A stretch of 64,000 nucleotides of DNA from Squalus acanthias. Lineage: Eukaryota. Made by a program: the position numbers and the translations under genes. Under the pieces are notes generated by a model. That model was not told where the DNA came from, made no database searches, and was given only the letters and a program-made list of their open reading frames with translations. This document shows, in pieces, positions 51,843 to 64,000 of the stretch (within the stretch, counting starts at the first letter, position 1; the number at the start of each line of letters is the position of its first letter). The stretch is from assembly GCA_030390025.1 (NCBI GenBank), contig CM059431.1:111478001-111542000 (forward strand). The letters are read 5' to 3'.

Positions 51843-52567
51843 TATATGTTTAAAATGGCATTGGATTGTTGCTTGAAGAATATTGAAGGGTGTGAGGCAC
51901 TCAAGTGGCAATAAGCGTAGATTTGATGGGCCAAACGGCCAGTTTCTGTGCTGTAATATATCATGTTTTTTTCCCCTATGTTCCTTATTGACTTTCCTAA
52001 ACTTTTCCCGAATACTCACTGCACTGGAAATGTAGCAAGTCTGGAAGCACTGAAACCGGTGATTTGCAAAATAGTAATCGAGTTTTGCAGTCATTCATTA
52101 ACCCAGAAATATTGCTTTCATTAGAACCACGCATTAAAAAACTGCTAGTTTGGTGATGCCCAGGCACATTGATGTGGAGGATTTATAATGATCTCAACTG
52201 GTGCTATACCTTCTTGCTCTTTCACTATCATTCCCTTCCAGATTACCACCGTTACCTTATTTTCCATCCTGTATCTGTATACAGGCCATATTTAAAGTAG
52301 AACAGAGGAGCTCCTGCAGTGCCCTTTCTACAGGTGAGGGAATCTGTCTTCCAGTGATAAGATTCAAGTGAACGTTCGACGTGGGTGGGGTTACTTTTCC
52401 TGCCAGTAACAGTCAAAGGCGAAAAGATCACTAGACAGCTGTGAATTTGCGTGCATTTAACTTGCTATATTATTTCATAGAATCGTAGAACACAGGAGGA
52501 GGCCATTCAGCCCATCTTGCCTGTGCCGGCTCTTTGAAAGAGCTATCCTTAGTCCCACCTCCGCACT

Positions 52568-52960
52568 GAAAGGGTTAAATTACGAGGACAGGTTGCACAG
52601 ACTAGGCTTGTATTCCCTTGAGTGTAGGAGATTAAGGGGTGATCTAATTGAGGTGTTTAAGATGATTAAAGGAGTTGATCGTGTAGAGAAACTATTTCCT
52701 CTGTTGGGTGAGTCCAGAACAAGGGGGCATAACCTTAAAATTAGTGCTAGGCTGTTCAGGGGTGACATCAGGAAGCATTTCTTCACACAAAGGGCAGTGG
52801 AAATCTGCAACTCTCTCCCCCATTCAGGGGCAATTGAAAATTTCAAATATTTTTGTTAGGCAAGGGTTTGAAGGATTACGGAACCAAGGCGAATCGATGG
52901 AGTTAAAACTACAGATCAGCCGGGATCTGGGGGCTGAGTGGCCTACTCCTGTTCCGAAAT
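52568..52960 (+). mobile_element. CR1 3' fragment
   Basis: LHRLGLYSLECRRLRGDLIEVFK; similar to 1095-1531. Confidence 0.8.
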
Positions 52961-54321
52961 TCCTAAATCCTGTACACCGACCACCGTGGATGGACTGAGA
53001 GCCTCAGAGCGCTCTCAAGTGTAAACGTCAAGGGGGTGAAGTCGGACTGGTCCAGTAGCGCGAAACGGGGTCATGACGCATCGGCAGCCCGCTTTACACC
53101 ACGCCCGTCACTGAAGTCGCTGGAAAATCAGGCGCGGCTTAAAAACGGGCTCCCCCGACTCGTTCCGAGCCCGCTTTGCGGCACTGACTCAGACCAATCA
53201 CACCCCTTACCTGCCTGATAGGCAGCAGAGGGGCGTTCTAAAGCGCGACCGTAAACTTGGAAAACTGTGCTGACAGGACTCCCCGAGGTAGGTCTGAAAA
53301 TTATATTTTTTCTTTTTTTTTTAAATCCATCGCGTTAAGAACCTTGGTGTGCCGTGTAACGCAGACAGGAAACCGGCTGGCTGTAAAATCTGCTTCTGCG
53401 GGGTTTCTCTTCAGCCCTTATCCAGCAATCCTTTCAGGAGAATGATGGAAGAGCTGAGCAAAAAGCTGGGAGCAATAACCGAGGTAAAAAGATCACCGAG
53501 CAGCTGTGAAATTATTTACGTGCCTGCAATTTATCAAACGGAACAGGTCCCAAAATGTAAAATACTGTAGCACACGGAGGATCCTAGGTTAATCCCACGC
53601 TGGATCTGAAACAGGACGATACATCGCCTTTATTCCTCTAGGCCAGTCAATCTCATTGAACAATACTTCACAAAATGTGCCTGCTTAATAACCTTGTTGC
53701 TTTATCTAATGGAGAATCTCTTTAAAAAAAAATGCTAGCATGCCACCCGGGGCGTTGCTCACAGTGAGGCAGATGGTAGGCCGGCCTCCATTTTAACTCC
53801 TGCCCGGGAGGGGCAGCAGCCAAGGCTCAGGCCGATTTTGACCGCCGGGCCTCATTTGCAAGCTGACCTCCTGACCAAAACTGCCGGGAAGTCAGCGGGA
53901 AACAGCTGCCCGGCCGTTAAAATCGGGCCGGCAGAGGGAAGTTGCCGGGGACCAGAGGTAACGGTCTCCAGTACTGAGGGAAGTGGATAACGGGGGGGGG
54001 GATTATTTCTAAGCAAGAGCAGGTGCATAGTTTTGAATGTCTAATCTAACGGGCAATAAATAGATGAGTGCAATTGTTTTAAAACTATGCCTGCCACTGT
54101 CTAGACACAAGGCTCAAATAAATTGCCTGAACTTCAATCATTCACTTTATGCTGTTAGCGGAAGGGCTCAATTGGCCACCTGCTCCTGGAATTAACTTTC
54201 AGAAATAAATGTCTAAACTGCAAAAAGTTTGAAAATGACTATGTTATTATAAACCAGGAGCTTTTTACTTTTTTAATTTGTCTCCCTTATTTACAGTGTT
54301 CAAGTTCAGCGAGATTTCGTA

Positions 54322-54692
54322 GCGGTGTTCAAAATTATGAGTGGTTTTGATAAGGTAGATGGGGAGAAACTGTTTCCACTGGCAGGAGGGTCGTCAACCA
54401 GAGGACACGGATTTACGATAATTGGCAAAATAGCCAGAGGGGGAGGTGAGGAGAATTATTTTTACGCAGTGAGTTGTTATGATCTGGAATGCGCTGCCAG
54501 AAAGGGTGGTGGAAGCAGACTCAATAATAACTTTTAAAAGGGAATTGGATATATACTTAAAAAGGAAAAATCTGCAGGGCTATGGGAAAAGAGCAGGGGG
54601 AGTGGGACTAATTGGAGCGCTCTTTCAAAGAGCCGGCACAGGGCACGATGGGCCGAATGGCCTCGCTCTGCGCTGTATCATTCTATGATTCC
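54322..54692 (+). mobile_element. CR1 3' fragment
   Basis: FKIMSGFDKVDGEKLFPL...WNALPERVVEA plus tail. Confidence 0.82.
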
Positions 54693-55113
54693 TCGTGTGA
54701 AAATCTGATACCTGAATTGTCCTGAATGACTTTCAAATAGATATACTGATTGCTATTACCCTGTAAACTACAGTGAAACGAAAGGCCATATTACGATAGG
54801 ATTAGGCGTGTGATATAGCACTGCAGTACGAGTCACGTGGTTCAATCGGGGTGTCTGAGATTGAGGAAGTCGCTGTTAAATTCCATCTTCCGAAAACAGA
54901 AAGTACTTCTGTACATATATACTGCTCAAACACTCGCGTCAAAGTAAGACCGGTCCCTTGTATACTAGGCAGCTGAGCAACAAAACTGTGTTTGCACCAG
55001 GCATGTTTCTGATATACACCCTTGGCCAGCATAACACGTACAGAGGAGCTGTCTGCACAGTGACACATCTCGAGATGAAGATGATGCTGATGAACTGCTC
55101 GAGTTTCACCCTT

Positions 55114-55582
55114 GCAGCCTGTGGCTCTGTGGGTAGCACACTTACCTCTGAGCCAGAAGGTTGTGGGTTCGAAGACCCACTCCAGGGACTTGAGCACAAA
55201 AATCTAGGCTGACACTCCAGTGCAGTGCTGTGGGAGTGCTGCACTGTCAGAGGTGCCGTCTTTCGGATGAGACGCTAAACTGAGGCCCCGTCTCCTTTGT
55301 CAGGTGGATGTAAAAGATCCCATGGCACTATTTTGAAGAAGAGCAAGGGGAGTTCCCCCCGGTGTCCTGGCCAATATTTTTATCCCTCAATCAACATAAC
55401 AAAAGCAGATTATCTGGTCATTATCACATTGCTGTTTGTGGGAGCTTACTGTGCGCAAATTGGCTGCCGCGTTTCCCACATTACAACAGTGACTACACTT
55501 CAAAAGTACTTCATTGGCTGTAAAGCGCCTTGAGACGTCCGGTGGTCGTGAAAGGCGCTATAGAAATGTAAGTCTTTCTTTC
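55114..55582 (+). mobile_element. tRNA-derived SINE (SacSINE1/DeuSINE-like)
   Basis: Full-length copy with a CTTT tail. Confidence 0.87.
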
Positions 55583-56237
55583 TGTGGCCGCCATCTGAAT
55601 GCAGAAACATGGCAATCCCTCACATCACACGCCCATCTGTGTGTTATCCTGTATGTAGCATTCTCGGAAACAGGCATTCTATTGCTGCTGCACTCCTTGC
55701 GCATTACTGTCTACTGCAGAAAGTGAAATAGAATTGATTTCACCTGGTTGCCAAGTTCACACTGTGCGTTATTCTGAATAATGGATGCCCTCCTTTTTAT
55801 TATTTCACTCATTTATAATTTCCAGAGCCGCACTGAACACAATCACTTTGCTGCTGACAGTCTCATTATATACTGCTGCAGCCAACTGCATGTGCCTGCC
55901 TGGGTGATACTGAGTCGTGCAACACACACAAGGCTGTGCTCGTATTACCCGATCAATTTTTCATCTCCCGTTGCTTTTCATCTTGGCTGAATTTCACAAC
56001 AGCCTTTAGAGAGAAAAGAAAGCTGAGGAGAGCCCAAAGGAAACCGTGCGATTTCCAATGTCTAAAAGTAACTGAGTTAGTGCAACTCTAGCCTTCTGCG
56101 TTTGCCAGCTTTATATATGCTTCTAAAATTCCTGTGGATCAAAAGCGTGTCTCATCACTGCCCACCGCCTGTGCTGCAAGCAGCTGTAGAGAGACAGGCT
56201 TGCTCCAATAGCTCCTTTAATGACGAATGTCTACAGA

Positions 56238-58380
56238 TTTGGTCTCGCTGTCAAGGCCGGCATTTATTGCCCATCCCTAATTGGCCTTGAGAAGGTGGTG
56301 GTGATCCGGCTTCTTGAACCACTGCAGTCCGTGTGGTGTGTCATAATGGTTTGGAGTCACACATAGGCCAGACCGGGTAAGGACGGCAGATTTCCTTCCC
56401 TAAAGGACATTAGTGAACCAGATGGGTTTTTACGACAATCCGGTAGTTACATGGTCACCATTACTGATACTAGCTTTCTATTCCAGATTTATTTAATTAA
56501 CTGAGGCCACAATTTCCCCTACCGTGGCGGGCGATGTCGGTGGCAGGTCTCGGCCCCGCTGCTGGCTCCATCCCGGCCTCCAAAATGGCTTTCCGATGAT
56601 TGGGCTTGTTAAGCCCGCCCAGCAAGTTTCCTGGCCAATTGAAGGAAGTGGGTCTGATGACATCATTTATGACGCATCATCAGCCGATTTCCTTAAAGGG
56701 ACCAGGCCCAAATTTATTTTGGCATGTGTGCTGCCAGTGTTCTACAGCATTGAGGTGCTGCAAACACTGACAAGCACTGCACAAAGGTGCAGGACTGCTC
56801 CCAGGTTCTCCCATGACTTCCTCCATATGCTTATGGAGGGAGTCACAGCATGCAGGGAGGTCCTCTTCCCTTCCCATGGGCGGAAGAGACCTCCCCAGGA
56901 GACCAATGCAGCCTGGTTGCACATTGCACAGGAGGACACAAGCAGGGATGTGGTCAGGAGGACCAGGCTGCAGTGGCACAAACCTTTCAATGATCTCAGT
57001 AGATCATGAAACGTTCCTCTACTGCAAAGCCACACTCAACCTCATCCTGCTGTGCCACTCATCATATCCCTATCACTCTGCCTTCCCTACCCTACTCCTG
57101 CACATCCTTACTCACACCAACTTACCTTGCACCTCCACCCATCCCTCCCTATCTACATTATCACTTCCCCATCTCACTAGCCACCCCTCACTCTCACCCT
57201 CATCCTAGTGCAAGCATACCAACTAACAACACACAAGGGTAGCCACTTGGGTGTTTTAGTCAATGTTCATGTGAAGTTTCTGTTAATGTGTTGTCAAACA
57301 TTGAAATATTTAATTTCAACACTTTGCGTTCTTGGACAGATTTGTGTGCACCTTTGGATTTGGCTTAGTGAGTTGCAGTGAATGGTGAGACATAACAGTA
57401 ACTTCCGCAATGCTGATGAGTGTGAAAGGAATGGCTTGTAGAGATGCTTTATGGTGCTGGTGCTGGTGTGGGTGGTGCCAACCTGGCGCATCATGTGGCA
57501 GCCAGGGTGTATAGCATCAAGTGAAGTAAACATGGCCATGGGGAGGCCATCCCTGGCGTCCCGGGCAGCAATGTGGTCGAGTGCTGATGCCCTCTGTCCT
57601 GTGCAGCATCAGGTATTTGCGGAGAAGGTTGGTGTTTTTGTCGTTGTTGCTGCTGCTGGTGTGCCTGGTGCTGTTGGTGTTGGGGCTGATTATGGTGGGA
57701 TTCTGAGGACCAAGGTGAGAGAGTTTCAAGGGCACCTATGCTGATGGAATAGGTAGCAAGTGAAGTAGAGATGACAGAAGTGATCTGTCAATGGTGGGAG
57801 AGGTAATGAGGTCAGACTGGATGGAGACTTGTGTAAAGACTTGCAGCATCCTGAATCTGTAGTGGAAATGTAGTTTAGAGAATCTAGTGGTTAAGGGAAC
57901 ATTTCTCAATCAGCTGGGAGCTTTGAATTGACATTTGAAGCTGTCAAATCATCAGCTGATTCAATGGCCACTGACCTCCCGCCTCAGCTTCACAGTCGAG
58001 GTCTAGGCACAGCGGGAAATTGGTGGGCGACCTGTCAACTCCAAAAATCTGGGAAAAAACCATTGATTAGTGGCTATAAACAAGCCACTAATGATTTTAA
58101 TTACCTCCCCCGCCGCTGCCTGTCAGGTCTGCTCAGCGCTGGCAGACCCGACATCGGGAAAGTCCAGTGTGCACGTTTTGACAGCAGGTTCCCGACCCGC
58201 TGTCAATCATTTTAAATTTAACAGCTGACCCACCACCCATTCCGTCCGCTGAGCGCCGGCAAAATTCCGGCCTGAATTAAATTCCCCAGCTGCCGTGGTG
58301 GGATTTGAACTCATGTCTCCGGATCATTAGCCCAGGCCTCTGGATTATTAGTCCAGTGACATAACCACTATGCTACTGTT
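56238..58380 (-). mobile_element. Second SINE family (56238-56504 plus 58276-58380), split by the 56505 transposon; partial copy at ~1915-2180
   Basis: Minus-strand head TAGCATAGTGG...GAGTTCAAATCCC (A/B-box-like). The 3' tail matches the LINE end at 62148-62230. Confidence 0.7.
56505..58272 (+). mobile_element. Non-autonomous Harbinger with a Myb/SANT exon relic, inserted into a SINE
   Basis: TGA TSD (56502-56504, 58273-58275) and ends GGCCACAATTT/AAATTCCGGCC. Encodes TAPRFSHDFLHMLMEGV...EVLFP...AAWLHIAQE...RRTRLQWHKPFNDL at ~56780-57006. Confidence 0.8.
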
Positions 58381-59105
58381 CCCTCTCTGCCACTACACTG
58401 ATACTCCTCTCTACCGGGAAGTTCAAAACAATTGGGGGGATAAATTGGGTCGCGCTCACTTTGGAGGGCTAACTTCGCCGGGTAGCGCCCCTGCGGCCGA
58501 AATTCATCGGTAGCGCCCCAAGAGGGAAGCGGGGTGCTATTGGAAAGGGGAGTAGGATTAATTGGATAGCTCCACAAAAGAGCCGGCACAGGCACGATGG
58601 GCCGAATGGCCTCCTTCTGTGCTGCATCATTCGATGATTCTAACTAGTTTCTGGCAGTTGTTGCTCACTCTCCGCTCCCCAGCTGATTCCCCGTTGTGGT
58701 CTGCCTGCTCCTTCTCCGACACCATCAGGCTCTCCTTCTCCTTTCTCAATGCTGGGCCAGCCACAGCATGTGCACCATTTAAGTTGTTCCCCTCCCAATC
58801 CCCACATCAACTATGCAACGGAGCCTCACTGCCAGACTACTATCCATTGTGACAAGCAATGCTGTGGGACATCCACCACCATAGAAAATAAAAAGGTAAG
58901 CTATTGGTCCAGCTTGGGACCTAGGCAAAATTCCATGGGCATCATCTCGGATAAATTCATGAATGTTAATATAAGCAGAAAGTTAGTGTATCAAGGCCAA
59001 CAGTGTTGTAGGTTGGCTAGGAAACACATTTCTGGACAAAGACTGAACGATTTCAAGGGGGAGTTAAATCACACGGTCTCGCTAATACACCTCTTTTTCT
59101 GCCGT

Positions 59106-60381
59106 TGTGAAGGAATACGCCATATTCAGAAAAATACACCATTCTATGAAAATAATTCTGGCCTTAGTAACATGACAAACTGGGCTTGAAAATCTAAAAG
59201 CCTCAACAATGGAAAAGCTGTAAACAGCATACAGGCTATTAAGATAAGATAAGTTGTTGACACTGAATCAATAACCTTATTGAAACAGGAGGTTGGAGGT
59301 TCCTGAAAGTCTGAAGCTTTGGAAAGAACACAATGGTATACCCCGTTAAGGTGTCTTAAACCAACACTTTCAAATGAAACACAGAAAATTAAAGAAACAT
59401 ATGCCTTCGTAAAAATGACATCAAATGAAAGACAGGAGACACGAGTCTGTGTTACAACCAGCTGAGTTAACTAAGAAGACAATGGTGCACCCGGTTGAGG
59501 TGTTCTAAATGCAAAAGATACAAACAGAAGACCTTGGTAAGAATGACATCAAATAGATGCACCAGCCGTCACATTGTTTTTGTGTTAAGCTTCGAACACT
59601 TAAAGGTAGAGACATAATTCTTAATGCTACCAGCTGAACTGACTGTAAGAATAGCAGAAGTCAGCAGAAAAATGACTAGAGATAATTAGCTTACATCAGC
59701 AGAAAACTTCAAAGGATATACCACTGAGAAAGGGTATAAAAATTGAACTTTCAAATGGGATGATAGATTCGCTGTAAAGGGGCAAAGCGATTCTCAGGCT
59801 TCAGAGGCAAGCTCTAAGTCTTCCAACTCTTTGTACCTTGGGGATCAAGGTACTTGTATTTGATTTTGGTGGATATTCTGGAATAAGACTAAGAAATGTA
59901 AAAATGTAACGAAGTTAAGATTTGAGAATAAGGATCTCTGATAATAGAATTGTAAGTTTTTTGTATTTGGAACTGTTAATGTTGCGATTGAATCACCAAC
60001 TGTAAATTACATGTCGGTTCTTTAACAAATCTATATATTTTTAGAATTGTCTCACATAATACTTCTGTATCAAACTTGCGAACTCAATCTCTGTACGCTC
60101 TTTGGTGAGGAGTTGCAGAATTCTGGGGGAGTTTTCCGGACCCTCATAATATCCAGAACGTTACAGTCTAGCTAAACTTATTAAAAGTGCTATCTGGAGG
60201 ACGGTAACATCTTCAGTTTGTTCCTTTCCTTTAGGGAGAGATAGTCTGGACCTTTAGAACCACCAATTAAGCATCTTTAGGATTCGGCTACCTCAAACTT
60301 TAGTTGAAAGTGAACGTCTGGGGAATACGCCTGATCCGGGGTAGCCCTAAAGGGGCTAGGACTAGTAATTATCCCTTCACA
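59106..60381 (+). mobile_element. Probable solo LTR (1276 bp)
   Basis: TG...CA ends with 11/12 inverted match TGTGAAGGAATA/TATCCCTTCACA; TATAAAA at 59735-59741 and ATTAAA at 60180-60185. No clean TSD (GCCGT/GCGAT). Confidence 0.65.
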
Positions 60382-60413
60382 GCGATAGTTATTATTTGGG
60401 AGCAACACGACTT

Positions 60414-60745
60414 AAGAACATAAGAATTAGGAGCAGGAGTAGGCCATACAGCCCCTCGAGCCTGCTCCGCCATTCAATAAGATCATGGCTGATCTTCGAC
60501 CTCAAATCTACTTTCCTGCACTATCCCCATATCCCTTGATTCCCTTAATATTCAAATATCTATCGATCTCTGTCTTGAATAGACTCAACGACTCAGCATC
60601 CACAGCCCTCTGGGGTAGAGAATTCCAAAGATTCACAACCCTCTGAGTGAAGAAATTTCTCCTCATCTCAGTCCTAAATGGCTGACCCCTTATCCTGAGA
60701 TTATGACTCTTGGTTCTAGACTCTCCAGCCAGGGGAAACAGCCTC
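60414..60745 (-). mobile_element. CR1 3' fragment
   Basis: LFPLAGESRT...FFTQRVVNLWNSLP plus tail. Confidence 0.85.
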
Positions 60746-61579
60746 TCATCATCAAAGGCTTCCCGCCCTGCTAGGCTGCTATGTGACATTACAAATGGGA
60801 AGCCTCCAGAGTGGCTCCATTCCAAGCAACAACTTCCGACTAGACCTTGCAGCTGATTCGGATCCTGGGAAAGCACACTACTAGCTGGGCTGCAGAGTCT
60901 CCAGCCTGCAGCGCAGTTTTCCCAGGGTTCCCATGTGGAAGAATGGCTTTTAGGCCAGTGAGAATTCCACCGTGTGCAAAAGATCCCTTCGGGAACACTC
61001 CTAATCGACAACATCACAGAACGGATTAGCAAGAAGGGACGGAGGGTCAACCTCAAGTGGCTTCCAGAAGCTGAGATAATCAATGGTTTTCTTTTAAACA
61101 AACCTTTGGTATCTACATTATTTTCTCTTAGGAAATCAGCAAGTACGGCACTTTGAATAAGAAAGTATTCACAGTAGACGTGTATACTCCTTTAAGTTAG
61201 CCATTAAAGGGTGCATTATTGTTACAGCTTTATATGAAACTTCACGTCATACACTCCACAGTAAACACAAAAACAGATAACTTTGAGCACTTTAATTGTT
61301 GAAACCACCCCTGGAAAACATAAATATTGATTCTCAGACTAGATCTATCTAAAGGACATGTAGGGCAAGGATCAGGTCACTGTGCCCAATAATTCATTTG
61401 GTGTAACGTGGCCATTTTGACTGCTATGGTGTAGATTTTCCGATTGGAAACTCCAGGCCAATACAAGTAATTCTGCACCCAAGCTGAGAAGATTTGATTG
61501 TTACAGGTCAAAATACTTGAGCGCAATTGTAAATCAAAAGCCGTTCCCTTTCTTAGAAGCTGATCAACTCACACGATAC

Positions 61580-61824
61580 CTGCAATGACATCATGTCGGG
61601 CCTGTATTGTTTGCGGAATCCTAGTTCGTACATCAGGAACTTCAGCATCTTGAAGGCCTGCTCTTCACTTGTGTGCAGAAGGAGTACCCCGGCCACAAAA
61701 CTGATGCCCTGGCAGTAGCCCACCTCCTTGTCCAGCAACGAGTAGGCCTTGAGGAGGTTAAACAGCGAGAGTTGGCCAGCTCCCAACTGTGCCGAGAAAT
61801 ATGCATGGGTGGGAAATGTTCGTC
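61580..61824 (-). CDS. TBC1D4: TBC1D4 (AS160) coding exon, Rab-GAP TBC domain, first exon in window (245 bp)
   Basis: Translates (G)[81 protein letters not shown]. Acceptor TTGCAG|GA, donor CAG|GTATCG. Contains the TBC arginine finger (GRTFP) and glutamine finger (YCQG). Confidence 0.95.
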
Positions 61825-62147
61825 CTGCAAGAACACAGAAAAGAAGCAAGGTTTTTTTCTTTCATGCTGCCTGCCTGACCTGCTGAGTATTTCCAGCATT
61901 TTCTGTTTATTTTTTATTTTTTTCATACTGCAAAAGCAATCGATCACGTAAAATACATGTCGCTGTATGTGGACCGTGATTATTACTGAGTCCCCCCAAC
62001 CAGTTGAAGGTAGTATCAATTGCTGGTTCAAGGTGACATTTTTAGCATTACCACAAGAAGCAGAGAAGATCCTATCAAAGAGAGGACAAAAAGTCACTTG
62101 AACTGGCATCAAGATGACTCCCCAAAGCCTTTCCACCTTAAACATTC

Positions 62148-62675
62148 ACCGCATTTATTGCCCATCCCTAGTTGCCCTTGAGAAGGTGGTGGTGAGCCGC
62201 CTTCTTGAACCGCTGCAGTCCGTGTGGTGAAGGTACTCCCACAGTGCTGTTAGGGAGGGAGTTCCAGAATTTTGACCCAGCGACGATGAAGGAACAGTGA
62301 TATATTTCTAAGTCAGGATGGTGTGTGACTTGGAGGGGAACTTGGAGGTAGTGGTGTTCCCATGCGCCTGCTGCCCTTGTCCTTCTAGGTGGTAGAGGTT
62401 GCAGGTTTGGGAGGTGATGCCGAAGAAGCCTTGGCGAGTTGCTGCAGTGCATCTTGTAGATGGTACACACTGCAGCCACGGTACGCCGGTGGTGGAGGGA
62501 GTGAATGTTTAGCCAATCAAGCGGGCTGCTTTGTGCTGGACGGTGTCGAGCTGCTTGAGTGTTGTTGGAGCTGCACTCATCCAGGCAAGTGGAGAGTATT
62601 CCATCACACTCCTTACTTGTGCCTTGTAGATGGTGGAAAGGCTTTGGGGAGTCGGGAGGTGAGACACTTGCCACA
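62148..62675 (-). mobile_element. Non-LTR retrotransposon 3' fragment (clade not assigned)
   Basis: LSTIYKAQVRSVMEYSPLAW...AARLIG...HSLHHRRTVAAVCTIYKMH...FWNSLP. Confidence 0.8.
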
Positions 62676-62846
62676 GTTGTCCCTCTGAGTCAACAGTACA
62701 CGTCCTGCCAGGCTTTCCCAAGTACAGCTGCCGAGACCCATCAGGGTAGAGCTGGCGGCACCAGAATGGCGCAATGCTGCTCGTGTGAGCGTTTGTTGTG
62801 AGCAGTGATTCGAGCATGGTACCGCTGCCGCTATACTGCGGTACAA

Positions 62847-63298
62847 GCAGCCATGGCTCAGTGGGTAACGCTCTCGCCTCTGAGTCAGAAGGTTGTGGGT
62901 TCAAGTCCCACTCCAGGGTCTTGAGCACAAAATCTTGGCTGACACTCCAGTACTGAGAGAGCGCTGCACTGTTGGAGCTGTCGTCTTTTGGATGAGACAT
63001 TAAACCGAGATTCCGTCTGCTCTCAGGTGGACGTAAAAGTGGCACTGTTTGAAGAAGACCAGAGGAGTTGTCCCTGGTGTCCTGGCCAATATCCCTCAAC
63101 CAACATCACAAAAACAGATTATCTGGTCATTATCACATTGCTGTTTGTGGGACCTTGCTGTGCGCAAATTGGCTGCCGCGTTTCCTACTTTACAACAGTG
63201 ACTACACTTCAAAAGTACTTCATTGGCTGTAAAGCGCTTTGAGATGTCCTGAGGTCGTGAAAGGCGCTATAGAAATGCAAGTCTTTCTTTCTTTTTTT
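62847..63298 (+). mobile_element. tRNA-derived SINE (SacSINE1/DeuSINE-like)
   Basis: Full-length copy with A/B boxes and a CTTT tail. Confidence 0.87.
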
Positions 63299-64000
63299 TA
63301 CTACAGCAGTTAAAGGTCCTATGACTGAACTCGAGGATGTCCTGCATAGGAACACAAGGGAATGTGTTGGGAGTATCTCGCAGTAAGAAAAGGCAGCAGC
63401 AATAAAGAGAGAACACTGCATTCGGTAGGAAGATGGGATGAGAGAAATAAGAGCCAAAAAAGTACACTTAAGCTGACACAGGAGAATTTCAGATACAAAA
63501 AAAAAACTTAAAGCACAGCAGTCTGAGAAAAAGAAACTGGAGAGAAAAATAACTGAAAGACAAAAAAAGAGAGAGTATGGAATAATTATACTGGAGAAGA
63601 AAGATACAAGAGTCAGAGGAAAGATAAGCAACAGGGAGAGGAGGAAATCAAAGGAGAGGACAAGCGTGGAGCTGCAGTTGTTTAAATGTTAAAATTAGAA
63701 TGTAATGTCACCATCTGCTGGCCACCAAATGCTACTGCATAGAAAAAAGTCTTTGCTTTGGCCTAAAGTTCTCTATTTTTGAAAGGAATAGGGTCATTTC
63801 ATGAGCAGGGAAAATTAATCTGTTATTTTTCTTCTGCGCCTCGTTACCTCTCTTTCCTCCTTTGAGACACTCCTTAAAACCTACCTCGGTGACCTGTCCT
63901 AATATCTCCTTATGTGGGTCTGTGTCAAATTTTGATTGATAACAACAACAACAACTTGTATTTATATAGCGTCTTTAACGTAGTAAAATGTCTCAAGGTG

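Noticed and set aside
60508..61101. 197-aa minus-strand ORF
   Set aside because: Chance fusion of unrelated sequence with a CR1 ORF2 tail.
63209..63660. Hydrophobic 140-aa minus-strand ORF over a purine-rich tract
   Set aside because: Low-complexity A/G tract overlapping a SINE tail. It may be a decayed retroelement coiled-coil region, but there is no supporting motif.

Overview
Vertebrate nuclear DNA, most likely from a cartilaginous fish. This is inferred from the repeat families (CR1-type LINE tails, SacSINE1/DeuSINE-like SINEs, Penelope and Harbinger elements), not from a database search. The only host gene I can support is the 3' part of TBC1D4 (AS160, Rab-GAP) on the minus strand. It has five coding exons with GT-AG boundaries and consistent phases (61580-61824, 45826-45985, 41949-42118, 39242-39418, 34846-35121) and a 3' UTR probably reaching ~33.3 kb. 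The rest is intronic or intergenic and transposon-rich. It includes a complete 4.25-kb PIF/Harbinger transposon (disrupted DDE transposase plus a convergent 3-exon Myb/SANT gene), its 0.87-kb deletion derivative and several MITE families, most with 3-bp TSDs. There is also a Penelope-like element with a 644-aa RT/GIY-YIG ORF, a separate 201-bp Penelope-type hairpin insertion with a 12-bp TSD and a hammerhead-ribozyme-like core, a probable 1.28-kb solo LTR, and many LINE/SINE fragments. I found no convincing wholly new system; the best leads are transposon-related. Family names are from recognition or memory, and repeat boundaries without a stated TSD are approximate.
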